This document shows, in pieces, positions 28,057 to 37,811 of a DNA stretch of 64,000 nucleotides; position 1 is the first letter of the stretch; each line of letters begins with the position of its first letter. The position numbers and the translations under genes were made by a program. The stretch comes from an uncultured virus (IMG/VR IMGVR_UViG_3300013233_000702). Taxonomy: Duplodnaviria; Heunggongvirae; Uroviricota; Caudoviricetes. The stretch is taken from the IMG/VR virus record IMGVR_UViG_3300013233_000702. The stretch is one strand, 5' to 3'. The notes beneath the pieces are model-generated. The model was not told where the DNA came from, searched no databases, and saw nothing but the letters and a program-made list of their open reading frames with translations.

Positions 28057-29682
28057 TTAGAGGCTGAGCTTGCGCTTCTCGGTCGTGGCCTGTTCATCGT
28101 TGGCCCGGACGGCGTAGACCTTCGCCCATTGGACCATCTCCTTCAGGCTCTCCTTCTGGCTCTGGCTGACGGGGGTTGTGTTGAGGAGGGCCGAGTAGAC
28201 GAAGTCCATCTTGAGGTCCTTTCTCTCGCCGGAGGTCTGGTCGCGGTGGAAGGCGGTGTAGAGGGCGGAGACGACGGACTCCTCGATCTCTGCGCCGCTG
28301 AATCCCTCGCTGGCGTCGATGCACTCCTTCCAGGCCTTCTCGACCTTCATCTTCGTGAGGAAGTCCTCGTCCCTGCGGGAGCGGACGTGGATCGAGAGGA
28401 TCTCCTCGCGCTCCTCACGGCTCGGAAGGTCGACGAAGAAGATCTCGTCGAACCGACCCTTCCTGAGAAGCTCGGGTGGCAGCCCGCCGATCCGGTTGAC
28501 GGTGGCCACGACGAAGGCGGATCCCTTCTTCTCCTGCATCCAGGTGAGGAACTGGCCGAAGACGCGCTGGGTGACGCCGCTGTCACCGGACTGGGTCCCT
28601 GAGGCCCCGGCGAAGGCCTTCTCCATCTCGTCGATCCAGACGACGCAGTTGCCGATCGCCTCGATCGTCGAGATCGCGTTCCTCATGTTGGTCTCGGACT
28701 GCCCGACGAGGCCGGCGAACACGCGGCTGACGTCGAACCGGATGAGCGGGACCCTGAGGACGCTGGCCGTGGCCTTCGCCGCCAGGGACTTTCCGCATCC
28801 GGGGAGCCCGACCATTACGTAGCCCCTCGGGGAGGGGAGGCCGTACTCCCTGGCCTCGGAGGTGAGGGCCAGCTTGCGGAGCTCGAGCCATTTCTTGAGG
28901 CGGCGGAGCCCGCCGATGTCGGACGGGATGGTCTTGGCGTCGAAGTATTCGAGGACGCCGGTCTTCTTGACGGCGTCGGCCTTCTCGGCCATGACGAGCT
29001 CGGAGATGGGACGTTCGTCCCCGGTCATGTTCTGGATGATGGCCTTGGCGAAGGCGTTCTCGGCCTCCAGGGAGGTGAGGCCGCGCGCAGCCTCCATGAT
29101 CTTCTCGACCTCGTCCTTGTCCTGCTCGATCTTGTTGGTCTCTGCGATCGCGTCCCACGCCGTGCGGAGGGCCGTCCGGTCGGGGAGGGCCAGCTCGACC
29201 ACCGCGACGTCGCGCTCGAGCTCCGGCGGAAGCTTCTTGACCGGGGAGAGCAGGATCATGGTCCTGTCGCCGGAGCGGAAGCGCCGGGAGACGTCCCGGA
29301 CGAGGCGGACGACCGCCGGGTTGTTGAAGTGGGCGTGCAGGTCCTCCATGACGTAGACCACGCCGGTCTGGTTCTCGTCCAGGATCTTGTTGAGGGCCTT
29401 GACGGGCGGCTTGGCCGCGTCGTCCAGGACGGAGATCCCGAGGCCACCGCCGGGCTGCCTGGTGAGGCGGGAGAGACCCGAGGTGCAGGTCCAGCTGACC
29501 ACCTTTCGGGCACGCTTCGTGGCCACGGCCGCGACCGCGATCTCCTGCTCGGCCCTGACCTCCTCGGAGGAGGGGATCAGGAGGACGGGATATGCCGCCT
29601 TCATGTAGAGCTGCAGGTTCTTGCTGAAGCCTGAGAGGCACTCTCCTTTTTCCTCTTCCTTTCCGGTCTGCTTCTTGCTCAT
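28057..29682 (-). CDS. Ycf46-like AAA ATPase
   Basis: KAAYPVLLI N-domain; DIGGL; GLPGCGKS; WIDEMEK; PPELLRKGRFDEIFFVDLP. Confidence 0.9.
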   Translation of the reverse strand: MSKKQTGKEEEKGECLSGFSKNLQLYMKAAYPVLLIPSSEEVRAEQEIAVAAVATKRARKVVSWTCTSGLSRLTRQPGGGLGISVLDDAAKPPVKALNKILDENQTGVVYVMEDLHAHFNNPAVVRLVRDVSRRFRSGDRTMILLSPVKKLPPELERDVAVVELALPDRTALRTAWDAIAETNKIEQDKDEVEKIMEAARGLTSLEAENAFAKAIIQNMTGDERPISELVMAEKADAVKKTGVLEYFDAKTIPSDIGGLRRLKKWLELRKLALTSEAREYGLPSPRGYVMVGLPGCGKSLAAKATASVLRVPLIRFDVSRVFAGLVGQSETNMRNAISTIEAIGNCVVWIDEMEKAFAGASGTQSGDSGVTQRVFGQFLTWMQEKKGSAFVVATVNRIGGLPPELLRKGRFDEIFFVDLPSREEREEILSIHVRSRRDEDFLTKMKVEKAWKECIDASEGFSGAEIEESVVSALYTAFHRDQTSGERKDLKMDFVYSALLNTTPVSQSQKESLKEMVQWAKVYAVRANDEQATTEKRKLSL

Positions 29683-29719
29683 TGCTCCTCCTTTCGCTGG
29701 GTGAATGCTGATGAATGCT

Positions 29720-30163
29720 TCACGCTGTGGCGTTCCGTTCCTCATCTACGGCGAGGTCGATCTTCTTCTTGAGCTTCGTGAAGCAAGGGCGGCAGAGGAT
29801 CTTGTCCCTGTGGAGGGGATCGACGTACCTGTGCCATTCGTCGTTCGGTACCATGAACATCTCCGGCCATTTCTCACCACAGAGCGCGCAGAGAATAGGC
29901 CAGGCGGTGAACCTGATCCTGCCGTGCCTGGCCAGTATCTCTGCCCACTTGCGCGCTTCGTTCTCCGGAAGGCCGTCTCTGTAGACCGACTCCGGAAGCC
30001 CGGAGAAGGGCTTGTCCGGGTCGAAGCTTGGGTAGAACCGCCTGTACGGACAGTCGCAGGAGATCATCTGCCCGAGGCAGAAGGGGCAGCGTTCCATATC
30101 ACAACCCGTTCCGTGGAACTGACCTTCGAGGCATCCGCAGTCTCCACAACTCTTCCTATCCAT
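29720..30163 (-). CDS. Cys-rich phage protein
   Basis: CGDCGC...H..GCDMERCPFC..QMISCDC. Confidence 0.8.
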   Translation of the reverse strand: MDRKSCGDCGCLEGQFHGTGCDMERCPFCLGQMISCDCPYRRFYPSFDPDKPFSGLPESVYRDGLPENEARKWAEILARHGRIRFTAWPILCALCGEKWPEMFMVPNDEWHRYVDPLHRDKILCRPCFTKLKKKIDLAVDEERNATA

Positions 30164-30233
30164 TGTCTCCTCCTTCCTCCTTCGTTCCTCGGCCCGCGCC
30201 CACGCGGGCGCCGCCCGCCCCGTGGCGGGGCGC

Positions 30234-30758
30234 TCAGTCCGCCGCAAGATTACCGAATACTGAACAGATTCTCCTGAACTCCGGATTCCTGATCCTGGAG
30301 ATGACCATTGGGTTCTGCTTCACGGCCTCGATGCAGACCGCGAGGGTCTGTTCCTTGATGTGCTCCAGGGCCCATCCGTTCTGCTTGACCGCTTCAAGGC
30401 AGAGTTCCTCGGTCTGTTCCCGCACGAACCGGATGTTCAGCCCGTCCTTGCGCACGGCGCAGAGGCAGATGGCCGGGGTCTGGCAGACGACGTGCCGGAT
30501 CGAGCGTGAACGCCTGGAGACGGCAGCCAGGCAGAGTTCTTCGGTCTGTTCATCAAGCTCGGGCAGGATCCACGGGTCCTGCTTGACGGCTGCAAGGCAG
30601 ATTCCCGGCGTCTGTTCCTCGAGATTGGCAATGACCACGGTCAAGGGCAGCCGATTGATCTCAATGAGACAGTCGTCGTCGCGGAGGTGAGGAACGACCT
30701 TCCTGACTGCCCTGATCAGGATGCGCAGTTCGCGCTCGTTCAACCTAGACAGGTCCAT
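30234..30758 (-). CDS. DUF4116-like repeat protein
   Basis: MDLSRLNERELRILI; about 5 repeats. Confidence 0.85.
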   Translation of the reverse strand: MDLSRLNERELRILIRAVRKVVPHLRDDDCLIEINRLPLTVVIANLEEQTPGICLAAVKQDPWILPELDEQTEELCLAAVSRRSRSIRHVVCQTPAICLCAVRKDGLNIRFVREQTEELCLEAVKQNGWALEHIKEQTLAVCIEAVKQNPMVISRIRNPEFRRICSVFGNLAAD

Positions 30759-31188
30759 TCAGGTCTCCTTTCAGGCATGCCGTCTTTAGGGATCGGTCTG
30801 CTTCATACAGAGCTTCTACGAAGTACGGATTCCTGACCATGGAGACGGCCCTCGGGTTCTGCTTCACGGCCTCAATGCAGACCGCAAGGGTTTGGTCCAT
30901 GACGTGCTCCAGGACCAACCCGTTCTGCTTGACCGCTTCAAGGCAGAGTTCCTCGGTCTGTTCTCCGAACTCGGAAAGGAGCCTGGGATCTCGCTTCACG
31001 ATGGCAAGGCCGATTTCAGGCGTCAGTTCATCGAGGACGGCGAAAACAGAGATCATGGGAATCTGACTTATTTCAAGGAGGCAGTCGCCGTCGTTGGGCC
31101 GTGGAGCCCCTTTGAAAGTGAGCATTACTTTTCTGACTGCCCTGATCAGGATGCGCAGTTCTCGCTCGCTCAGCCTAGACAGGTCCAT
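30745..31188 (-). CDS. DUF4116-like repeat protein
   Basis: MDLSRLSERELRILI; about 3 repeats. Confidence 0.85.
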   Translation of the reverse strand: MDLSRLSERELRILIRAVRKVMLTFKGAPRPNDGDCLLEISQIPMISVFAVLDELTPEIGLAIVKRDPRLLSEFGEQTEELCLEAVKQNGLVLEHVMDQTLAVCIEAVKQNPRAVSMVRNPYFVEALYEADRSLKTACLKGDLNGPV

Positions 31189-31244
31189 TCAGGCCTCCTT
31201 TCGGGCAGGTCGGCTTCAGGGACTGGATGATCAAGGTCGTAGGT

Positions 31245-32903
31245 TCAGATGCAGGTGCTGCATACCTTGATGAGGCCCGAGGCAAGGTGCTTCCTGTCCG
31301 GCCTGCCACCGCCGCCCTCGAGGATATCGTTGAACAGGTTCACTGCGGTCTTCTCGTCAGGACTGAGGCCGGCCAGAACCATGATCCGCTCGGCGAACGA
31401 CCTGAAGTCAGGCCGACCCGAGATGAGCGCCTGATAGACTGCTGTAAGGAGCTTGATCCTGATGCGGTCCAGGTGCTGACCGATGCGCTGCTTCGACACT
31501 GGACGGTCTCCTCCGAGCCGGTTGAAGTGCTCCGCGATCCAGGAAGCCCTCTGCGCCTCTGGCCGGAACGTCCAGGGGGACCCTGGAATAATCCTTCCAG
31601 GACCGATTTCAGCCAGGGCCCTGACCCTGTCCTCGTCGCCCGAGAGGGGAAGGCCATAGCGCCAGCACAGGACGATCTCCTGTTCGGCCGTCAGGGAGGC
31701 AAGCTTCCTGGCCCTGTCAATGACCATGGGCAGGAGCTTCTGGAGTTCCCGCCCCTCGTGGTCGTCCACGACGTGCCTCACGTGCTCCTCGCTGATCTGC
31801 TTGATCTCCGGGCTCGGCCGGCGGCAAGCCTGCCTGACGAGGTCCCCTACGGTCGGTGTCTTGACAGGATCGTAGAGGTCGAGCTGGCCATAGAGGCGGT
31901 CGACGACGTCGATAAGGTCGTGTCTGAGGGCCGGAGGAAGCTCCGAGAGCCTCAGGCTCTGCCTGACCGCCGTAGTCTGCGCCCTGGAGTTGCCAATCTT
32001 CTGAACAGGAATCGTGCGGAGCTTGGATGGAGCAAGGACTGGCTCCTCGGGAGGGAGCAGCCCGATTCCCTTCATCGAGTTCAGGAACCTCGTCCTGGCC
32101 TCCTTGGCCCGTATCCTGGCCTCCTTCTCGATCTCGACGGAGACCGTCTGGGCCTTTCGGATCGCCTCTGCCTTCCTGGCGGCTAGCTCCTGGTCGTTCT
32201 GGACAAGCTCCTCGAGCTTGATGAGGGCTTGCCTGTTGCATCCGTCGGCCCAGGCTGCATTCCTTCTCCTGGAGTTCCGGCGGAGCTCCTTCACGAAGGT
32301 TGGAGCGTGGCCGGCGAGCAGGTCGTGCAACTGGTCCTGCTCAACGTTGCGGTAGCATGAGTATCCTCGCCTGTGCGCTGCCGCGTCCAGCTCGTGGGCC
32401 AGCCAGTTTCCTTGCAGGAAAGATGTGACGGTCACGAGGGCGTCAGTTGGGGAGTGGCCCGAGTCGGCTCTCCTGACTACCCTGCCTGACACGACCGGCC
32501 TGCGGACTGCGGTCCTGATGTGCTTCCATGCGTGGCTGAAGAATGGACTTATTCCGGCGTCGTGCTGCACTGCGGCGAGGACGCCAAGGACCCCGTTCTG
32601 CTCCGAGTCCTCGTCGATGCGTCTACCCTTGCCGTATCTCCGGCATTGGCCGATGATCGCTCCCTTGAGCTCGCTGATGACCTCGGTCATGGTCCATCCG
32701 CACAGGAGGGGGTGCTTTATCCGCTTGAGCGTCTCGGTTACGTGTGGGAGGGAACTCCATTCGTCGATCTGTTGCTGGGTCGGTATCTCGAACTTGGCGA
32801 GGGTCCTGTCGGTCATCCTGGACGTGCCCTCGAGCCAATGCCCGTAGGACCCGCCCGGAAGACGGAGATTCCCTACGGCACTGCAGAGCTGCTCTCTGGT
32901 CAT
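31245..32903 (-). CDS. divergent sigma70-family-like factor
   Basis: Region-2-like EDSEQNGVLGVLAAV...FFSHAWKHIRTAV; region-4-like LTAEQEIVLCWRYGL...VSKQRIGQHL. Confidence 0.65.
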   Translation of the reverse strand: MTREQLCSAVGNLRLPGGSYGHWLEGTSRMTDRTLAKFEIPTQQQIDEWSSLPHVTETLKRIKHPLLCGWTMTEVISELKGAIIGQCRRYGKGRRIDEDSEQNGVLGVLAAVQHDAGISPFFSHAWKHIRTAVRRPVVSGRVVRRADSGHSPTDALVTVTSFLQGNWLAHELDAAAHRRGYSCYRNVEQDQLHDLLAGHAPTFVKELRRNSRRRNAAWADGCNRQALIKLEELVQNDQELAARKAEAIRKAQTVSVEIEKEARIRAKEARTRFLNSMKGIGLLPPEEPVLAPSKLRTIPVQKIGNSRAQTTAVRQSLRLSELPPALRHDLIDVVDRLYGQLDLYDPVKTPTVGDLVRQACRRPSPEIKQISEEHVRHVVDDHEGRELQKLLPMVIDRARKLASLTAEQEIVLCWRYGLPLSGDEDRVRALAEIGPGRIIPGSPWTFRPEAQRASWIAEHFNRLGGDRPVSKQRIGQHLDRIRIKLLTAVYQALISGRPDFRSFAERIMVLAGLSPDEKTAVNLFNDILEGGGGRPDRKHLASGLIKVCSTCI

Positions 32904-32983
32904 GTGCTGGTTCTCCTCCCCGGATCGGGCATTTTATCACGCAGAGCGTGTGTGGTCAAGTGGTGTCACTGGTGCAGCGTCTG

Positions 32984-33385
32984 CTAACGCCGGTTGATGT
33001 TCAGGCCGGTCGGCTCGCCGTCTAGAATGAATAGGTGGTAGATGTTCGCTTCGTCCACGACCTCGTCCTTGGGCGGAAAGACCTGGACTGCCCATCTGCC
33101 GGGGTAGCGGTCTGTGAAGGTTGCCCATACCTCTGTCCAGGACATGGACCGGTCGTCGGTGCGTCTGACCTTGATGTACTCGACTGGGCCCAGAGATGAA
33201 TTCCTTGACCCCATCTCTTGGACGTATGCATGCGCGCCAGATGGCCCCCATCGGACACCGCTGTGGCGTCCCTCGACGTCGGCCTCGAGCTTCAACAGTT
33301 GCTTCTCCATCGCGGCGTCCTTCATTTCCCTGTCCCATCTGCCGGTTCCGTCGATCATCCTTCCTCCCTTCTGTCTATAGTTCAA
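32984..33385 (-). CDS. conserved phage protein
   Basis: SWTEVW...AVQVFPPKDEVVDEANIYHLF. Confidence 0.7.
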   Translation of the reverse strand: MNYRQKGGRMIDGTGRWDREMKDAAMEKQLLKLEADVEGRHSGVRWGPSGAHAYVQEMGSRNSSLGPVEYIKVRRTDDRSMSWTEVWATFTDRYPGRWAVQVFPPKDEVVDEANIYHLFILDGEPTGLNINRR

Positions 33386-33644
33386 GGACGCGGAGCCCCT
33401 CGATCCGGCAGGAGGCCGTGGAACCTTCCTCCTCGAGGATCCGTTCGTGCAGTCCGCTAACGAAGGCCTTCTGGACGACCTCCCTTACCTCAACAGGCAT
33501 CCGGTCCGGCGCAGCTAGCCTTCCGCTCCGCCAGACCGCCGTGAACTGCTCGTACTTGTTCTCGACGAGCATCGTGCCAGCCCCGATGGGCGTCAATCCC
33601 CAAAGCTCGGATTTGTCCTCCTTCTTGATGACGACGTAGATCAT
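33375..33644 (-). CDS. hypothetical protein
   Basis: GGAGG RBS; start overlaps the upstream stop. Confidence 0.65.
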   Translation of the reverse strand: MIYVVIKKEDKSELWGLTPIGAGTMLVENKYEQFTAVWRSGRLAAPDRMPVEVREVVQKAFVSGLHERILEEEGSTASCRIEGLRVLEL

Positions 33645-33901
33645 CGCGCTGCCTCCACGCGCCCGAGGTTCTCCTTGAGCCAGGCCACCTCGGCCTGGAG
33701 GGCCGATTCCCTGTCGTCGAACGGCCCGAGGACGGGACCGCCGACCGGGCTCAGGTCGGCGGTCCAGCGGCAGTCGTCCGTCGGCTCCACGTGAGAGGCC
33801 CTGCGGATTTCGGACTTGCCGTGTCTCAGCAGCCCGCGCAGGCCGTCCCTGTAGACGAAGGTAATGCTTCCGTCCGGTGCGATCCTGATCTTGTCAGCCA
33901 T
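33641..33901 (-). CDS. conserved small protein (RRASHVEP...WxADLSPVGGPVLGPF)
   Basis: Motif recalled from proteins adjacent to DUF1257/DUF2997 in Planctomycetota elements. Confidence 0.75.
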   Translation of the reverse strand: MADKIRIAPDGSITFVYRDGLRGLLRHGKSEIRRASHVEPTDDCRWTADLSPVGGPVLGPFDDRESALQAEVAWLKENLGRVEAAR

Positions 33902-34085
33902 GAAGCTCCTCCCTCTCCTGTTCCTCCTCGGCGTAGAACTCGTCCTTGAGCTCCTGCTCCGTCCGGGACCCGAGGGCGTTCTCGATCCCCTCGGTGAGGC
34001 TGGTGCAGGAGGCCCCCATGACGTCGACCGGCTCGACCCGTACCTTGGTCCCGTCCTTGCTGATCCTGATCTTGATCCGTGCCAT
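33894..34085 (-). CDS. DUF2997-like protein
   Basis: IxIxxDG...GASCxxLTEGIENALG, acidic tail. Confidence 0.8.
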   Translation of the reverse strand: MARIKIRISKDGTKVRVEPVDVMGASCTSLTEGIENALGSRTEQELKDEFYAEEEQEREELHG

Positions 34086-34109
34086 TTCGTTCCTCCTTTC
34101 ATCTGGTGG

Positions 34110-34469
34110 TCAGTTGGAGACGAAGACCTCGATAGAGCCGTCCTGCAGCACCTGCTCTTCCTCGAGGTAGAATCCTGCCTCCTCGGCCTCCGCCAGGGCG
34201 ACCTCGCGGCCGTAGGCCCTGGTGACCGAGTGCAGGTCATCGAGGTTTCCCCACTGGCCGTTGTAGTTGTCGTAGTGTAGACCCTCGCTGTTCACGGCGA
34301 CCGGATATTGCCAGCCCTCGAGGTGGAAGCTGAAGTCCGCGTCGACCGTCTTGCTGTAGAGCTTGACCCGGTGCTTCCCCTCCGTAAAGCTGATTTTCTT
34401 GTCCTGGAGGACCTTCTTGAAGGTGGGCAGGTCCTTGATCTCGGTCTTCACCGTCGCTACGTGGCTCAT
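34110..34469 (-). CDS. DUF1257 (Ycf35)-like protein
   Basis: MSHVATVKTEIKD...YDNYNGQWG...EEQVLQDGSIEV. Confidence 0.82.
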   Translation of the reverse strand: MSHVATVKTEIKDLPTFKKVLQDKKISFTEGKHRVKLYSKTVDADFSFHLEGWQYPVAVNSEGLHYDNYNGQWGNLDDLHSVTRAYGREVALAEAEEAGFYLEEEQVLQDGSIEVFVSN

Positions 34470-34608
34470 GGTGCTCTCCTTTCTCCGCCAACGCGGATAG
34501 GTAGCCTCGGGCGGGCATCGCCGCCCGCCCGTGGCCGTCCCGTGGCCGTCCGCTCGGTCCGCCGCAAGATCCCCGACGGCCGACGGAGACCTGGACAAAG
34601 ATACTGAC

Positions 34609-34926
34609 ATGGCAAGGGCCCAGAAGATCGACAAGTCCTCCAGGCAGAAGCAGAGGGCCGTCTCCGTGCAGTTCGGAAACGGTCCGGTACGGACGGTCGT
34701 GGTGAAGCCACCACCGCCAGGGCACTGCAGCGTCTGCCACCGCCGGCACAGGCCCGAGGAGCCTCACGACCCGACGTCCCTGCCCTATCAGATCTCGTTC
34801 AGACAGGAACATGGAAGGGGCGTGACATGGAAGGATGCTCTCGGGCACTGCCCTGAGACTATCAGGCGGTTCTGGCGGGAGAACCTCCAGAAGCGCAGCC
34901 GCTGGACCGAGCCCGGTCAGGGCTGA
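34609..34926 (+). CDS. Cys/His-rich hypothetical protein, antisense to the block
   Basis: CSVCHRRH...PH...TWKDALGHC. Confidence 0.7.
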   Translation: MARAQKIDKSSRQKQRAVSVQFGNGPVRTVVVKPPPPGHCSVCHRRHRPEEPHDPTSLPYQISFRQEHGRGVTWKDALGHCPETIRRFWRENLQKRSRWTEPGQG

Positions 34927-35531
34927 CCCTGGTCCCTAGCCTTCCTGGCGTTCTCTGCCCAGCGAGGAATAAGCCCGGTAGCGTCCTCTACCTGTCTCAG
35001 GATCCTGGCGAGCCTCTCTGCCCTGCCGATGGAGCGAGGAACCGGCCCTATAGCGGCCTCGACCTGGTCCAGGATCCTCTTGGGCACGTGATACACCATG
35101 CTCGGGTTCCGCTCCAAGGCGGTCCAGCACATCTCGAGGTCCTTAAGGGAGTCCGGGACATCAAGTAGCGCCCTGGGGTCGCTCCGCACGGCCGCAATGC
35201 ATACCTCCCTGGTCCTGATCCTTCGCGGGACCATCTTCAGGGCCATCCCATTATTCTGCACAGCCTCGAGGCAGACCTCCCTGGTCCTCAGGTTGAGCGG
35301 TACGAGGTTCAGGGCCTCGCCGCATTGCTTGAGGCAGGCCAGGCAGATCGGAACGGTAAGGGGCTTGACGTGCACAAGGACAGGTCTGACGTTGAAGTCG
35401 CTCCTGACGATCTTCGTCAGGACCTCTGCGACGGCCCAGGAACACCGCTGCTCAAAGGTCCTGTTCCAGCTTTCCCGCACTGCTCCCATGATGCTCTTGA
35501 TCTCTGCTTCGTTCAGTCCGGTGACGTCCAT
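34917..35531 (-). CDS. DUF4116-like repeat protein (24-aa RTREVC type)
   Basis: MDVTGLNEAEI; RTREVCLEAVQNNGMALKMVP. Confidence 0.82.
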   Translation of the reverse strand: MDVTGLNEAEIKSIMGAVRESWNRTFEQRCSWAVAEVLTKIVRSDFNVRPVLVHVKPLTVPICLACLKQCGEALNLVPLNLRTREVCLEAVQNNGMALKMVPRRIRTREVCIAAVRSDPRALLDVPDSLKDLEMCWTALERNPSMVYHVPKRILDQVEAAIGPVPRSIGRAERLARILRQVEDATGLIPRWAENARKARDQGQP

Positions 35532-35544
35532 CTTTCCGTCCTCC

Positions 35545-36234
35545 TCAGAGCAGGAGCTTGCGCATGCCGACTCCGGACAGGGTCTCGACCGTACTGCGGT
35601 CTACGCTATCGTCGGCAAGCTCGGCATAGAGGCGGTCAGTCCAGTCGGCAGGCCGGTCTCCGCCGAGGTCGAGCATTCTCTGCTCGATCCGGACACAGGC
35701 CTTCTGGACGCGCGCAAGCAGGCCGAGCAGGTAGCGGCGAACCCTTCCGGAGAGGTCCGGATCCGCGCTCCTGCGTTCGAGGACTGCGTCGCCGTAGGTC
35801 TTGATCTCCTCGGTCCTGTCCTTCCAGAGGAGGAGCTCGACGGAGCCCCTGCCCCATGCACCGTCCAGCTTTACACGGACGGCCTCGTCGGGATCGTACG
35901 ATCCGAGCTTCCTCAGTCTGTTGTTACGGAGGCCGACCCAGGCGGTCCCTGAGACCCTCCACTGGTGGCCAATGGTCCTTGCAGTCCTGGTCTCCTCCGT
36001 GGCCTTCTCGTCGTCGACCTTGACGTACCTCTTTCCGGGGACGTCGCGGGTCTTCTCCGCCACCTTCTTCTGGATGAAGGCCTGTGCCTCGTTGCTGCTG
36101 CGGAAGTCATGATCGACGGTGCGTAGGTTCAGGCCCAGCCTGCCGTACCGGATCCTGACCCGGTTGCCGTCTAGGAGCTCATGCGTCCAGATCTTGTTCG
36201 ACTTGCCGTCCTTGCTGATGTATTTGATCTCCAT
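35545..36234 (-). CDS. WGR-domain protein
   Basis: SNKIW...VRIRYGRLG...EAQAFIQKKVAEK. Confidence 0.75.
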   Translation of the reverse strand: MEIKYISKDGKSNKIWTHELLDGNRVRIRYGRLGLNLRTVDHDFRSSNEAQAFIQKKVAEKTRDVPGKRYVKVDDEKATEETRTARTIGHQWRVSGTAWVGLRNNRLRKLGSYDPDEAVRVKLDGAWGRGSVELLLWKDRTEEIKTYGDAVLERRSADPDLSGRVRRYLLGLLARVQKACVRIEQRMLDLGGDRPADWTDRLYAELADDSVDRSTVETLSGVGMRKLLL

Positions 36235-36842
36235 TTCGTCGTCTCCTTTTCAGAGATGGTCTGTACCAGTTCCTTCCTGGTCTCCTTCAGCTTCTCCAAC
36301 CGTCTTTCCTCGATCGGCGAAAGACGGCCCAGGCACATCTCGACCGACTTCAGTAGGTCATGCAGGGACTGGGCCGGAACCGTATCCCGGTCCACCAACA
36401 GGAACTGGACCGGATCCATGTCAATCAGGTCGCGCATGACGTCCCACGTCCTGTACTCTACCGGGATGCCGCCCTTCCATCTATCCAGCGACCTGCATGC
36501 CAGCAGGTAGTGCTCGTACGTCCTTTCCTTCTTTGGAATGAAGGGAATGTTGCTTCCTCGGTACGAGAGGGCCTCGGACCGAACCTTCTCGGTCTGCAGT
36601 TCCGCCGGGATGCAGCGGATGATGTCTCCCCCGAGGAGGCCCAGGAATAGCTCCAGGCTGCCATCGTCCTTCGGTTCATAGTTGCGGTAGATCCTGAAGA
36701 GGACCGCGTGACTGGCGTCCTCGATCAGGTATCTGACCAGGGTCTCCGGCTTCATTGAGGCCATCCGTTTGTTGGTCCGGCGGGCGGCGTCGATGAAGCG
36801 AACCACCTGTTCTCCGTCTAACGTCTTAAGGAACTGTTCCAT
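36171..36842 (-). CDS. divergent leader-domain family protein
   Basis: LDGEQVVRFIDAARR...MKPETLVR; degenerate repeats. Confidence 0.65.
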   Translation of the reverse strand: MEQFLKTLDGEQVVRFIDAARRTNKRMASMKPETLVRYLIEDASHAVLFRIYRNYEPKDDGSLELFLGLLGGDIIRCIPAELQTEKVRSEALSYRGSNIPFIPKKERTYEHYLLACRSLDRWKGGIPVEYRTWDVMRDLIDMDPVQFLLVDRDTVPAQSLHDLLKSVEMCLGRLSPIEERRLEKLKETRKELVQTISEKETTKWRSNTSARTASRTRSGRMSS

Positions 36843-36916
36843 CTCTTCTCCTTTCTGTCGACACCCAGAGCAAAGATAACCCTGAACCATGGAGCATGGT
36901 GCATGGAGCATGAGAA

Positions 36917-37309
36917 ATGATAGACGAAATGATCACGGAGGCCCTTGCCGACATCGTCGAGGCCCAGTACGGTAATCCTGACCACGGTGAGGCGAGCGGC
37001 ACCATCGAGGTACCGATCCCAGACGACGAACTTCAAGCACTGGAGCAGGCCACGCCGGGCGTAGACTGGGACGACGTGATCACCCTGAACGTCGAGTACG
37101 AGTATGAGTGGAACAGGATCGAGGAGCCGACCGGTCCCGAGGAATATGCCTCAGTCCATGAGGACTATGAGGTGGACGAGCTCAACTTCGAGGCCAAGGC
37201 CGGCGACCGGGACGTGACCGGTGCCCTGTCGACGCATCTCCTTGGCTCCATAGAGGAGCAGATCCGCGACAAGATCCGTCTAGAGGATCAGCCCTGGCTC
37301 GGGGGTTAG
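36917..37309 (+). CDS. highly acidic small protein
   Basis: About 35 D/E against about 6 K/R in 130 aa (hand count). Confidence 0.75.
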   Translation: MIDEMITEALADIVEAQYGNPDHGEASGTIEVPIPDDELQALEQATPGVDWDDVITLNVEYEYEWNRIEEPTGPEEYASVHEDYEVDELNFEAKAGDRDVTGALSTHLLGSIEEQIRDKIRLEDQPWLGG

Positions 37310-37563
37310 TCCGCAAGGGCCTTCTGCCACTCCTTATCGAGAGCATCGACTCCCCTGGCGATCGTCATCGACGCGGCCTGAAGGAATGACGCCGCACCTG
37401 CCATTGCGTCCGTGAGGGCCTCGACCCTCGAGACCGTGGCGCACGGCCTGAACTCGCTCAGTTCAAGCCGGGCTCCCTCCGGGTCCGCTGCAGGGATGAT
37501 GTCCACGAAGACCTCCCTGGTGTCGTCGAAGTAGCTCGTGACTGCCCATGCCTGTTTCGCCAT
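37306..37563 (-). CDS. hypothetical protein
   Basis: AGGAG RBS; 85 aa. Confidence 0.65.
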   Translation of the reverse strand: MAKQAWAVTSYFDDTREVFVDIIPAADPEGARLELSEFRPCATVSRVEALTDAMAGAASFLQAASMTIARGVDALDKEWQKALAD

Positions 37564-37582
37564 CCTTAGTTCTCCTTTCTCT

Positions 37583-37798
37583 CTATCGTCTGTGGTTCGC
37601 CGGCTTCTTGAGCATGTCGAACTCGGACCTGCTCTCCGTCATGACGAGTACACCACCGGTCTTGTGCCCATACTCCATGATCCCGAGCAAGGGCGGCTTC
37701 TCTGTCGTACAGTGGATGCAGTACTCCGTCCCGAGCAGCTCCAGTCTCTCGTCTGGAACGTCCCTTCCGCACGTTGGGCACTTGTGCGTTCTGGCCAT
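37583..37798 (-). CDS. TraR/DksA-type C4 zinc-finger protein
   Basis: CPTCGRDVPDERLE...YCIHC. Confidence 0.75.
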   Translation of the reverse strand: MARTHKCPTCGRDVPDERLELLGTEYCIHCTTEKPPLLGIMEYGHKTGGVLVMTESRSEFDMLKKPANHRR

Positions 37799-37811
37799 GT
37801 CGCCTCCTTCC

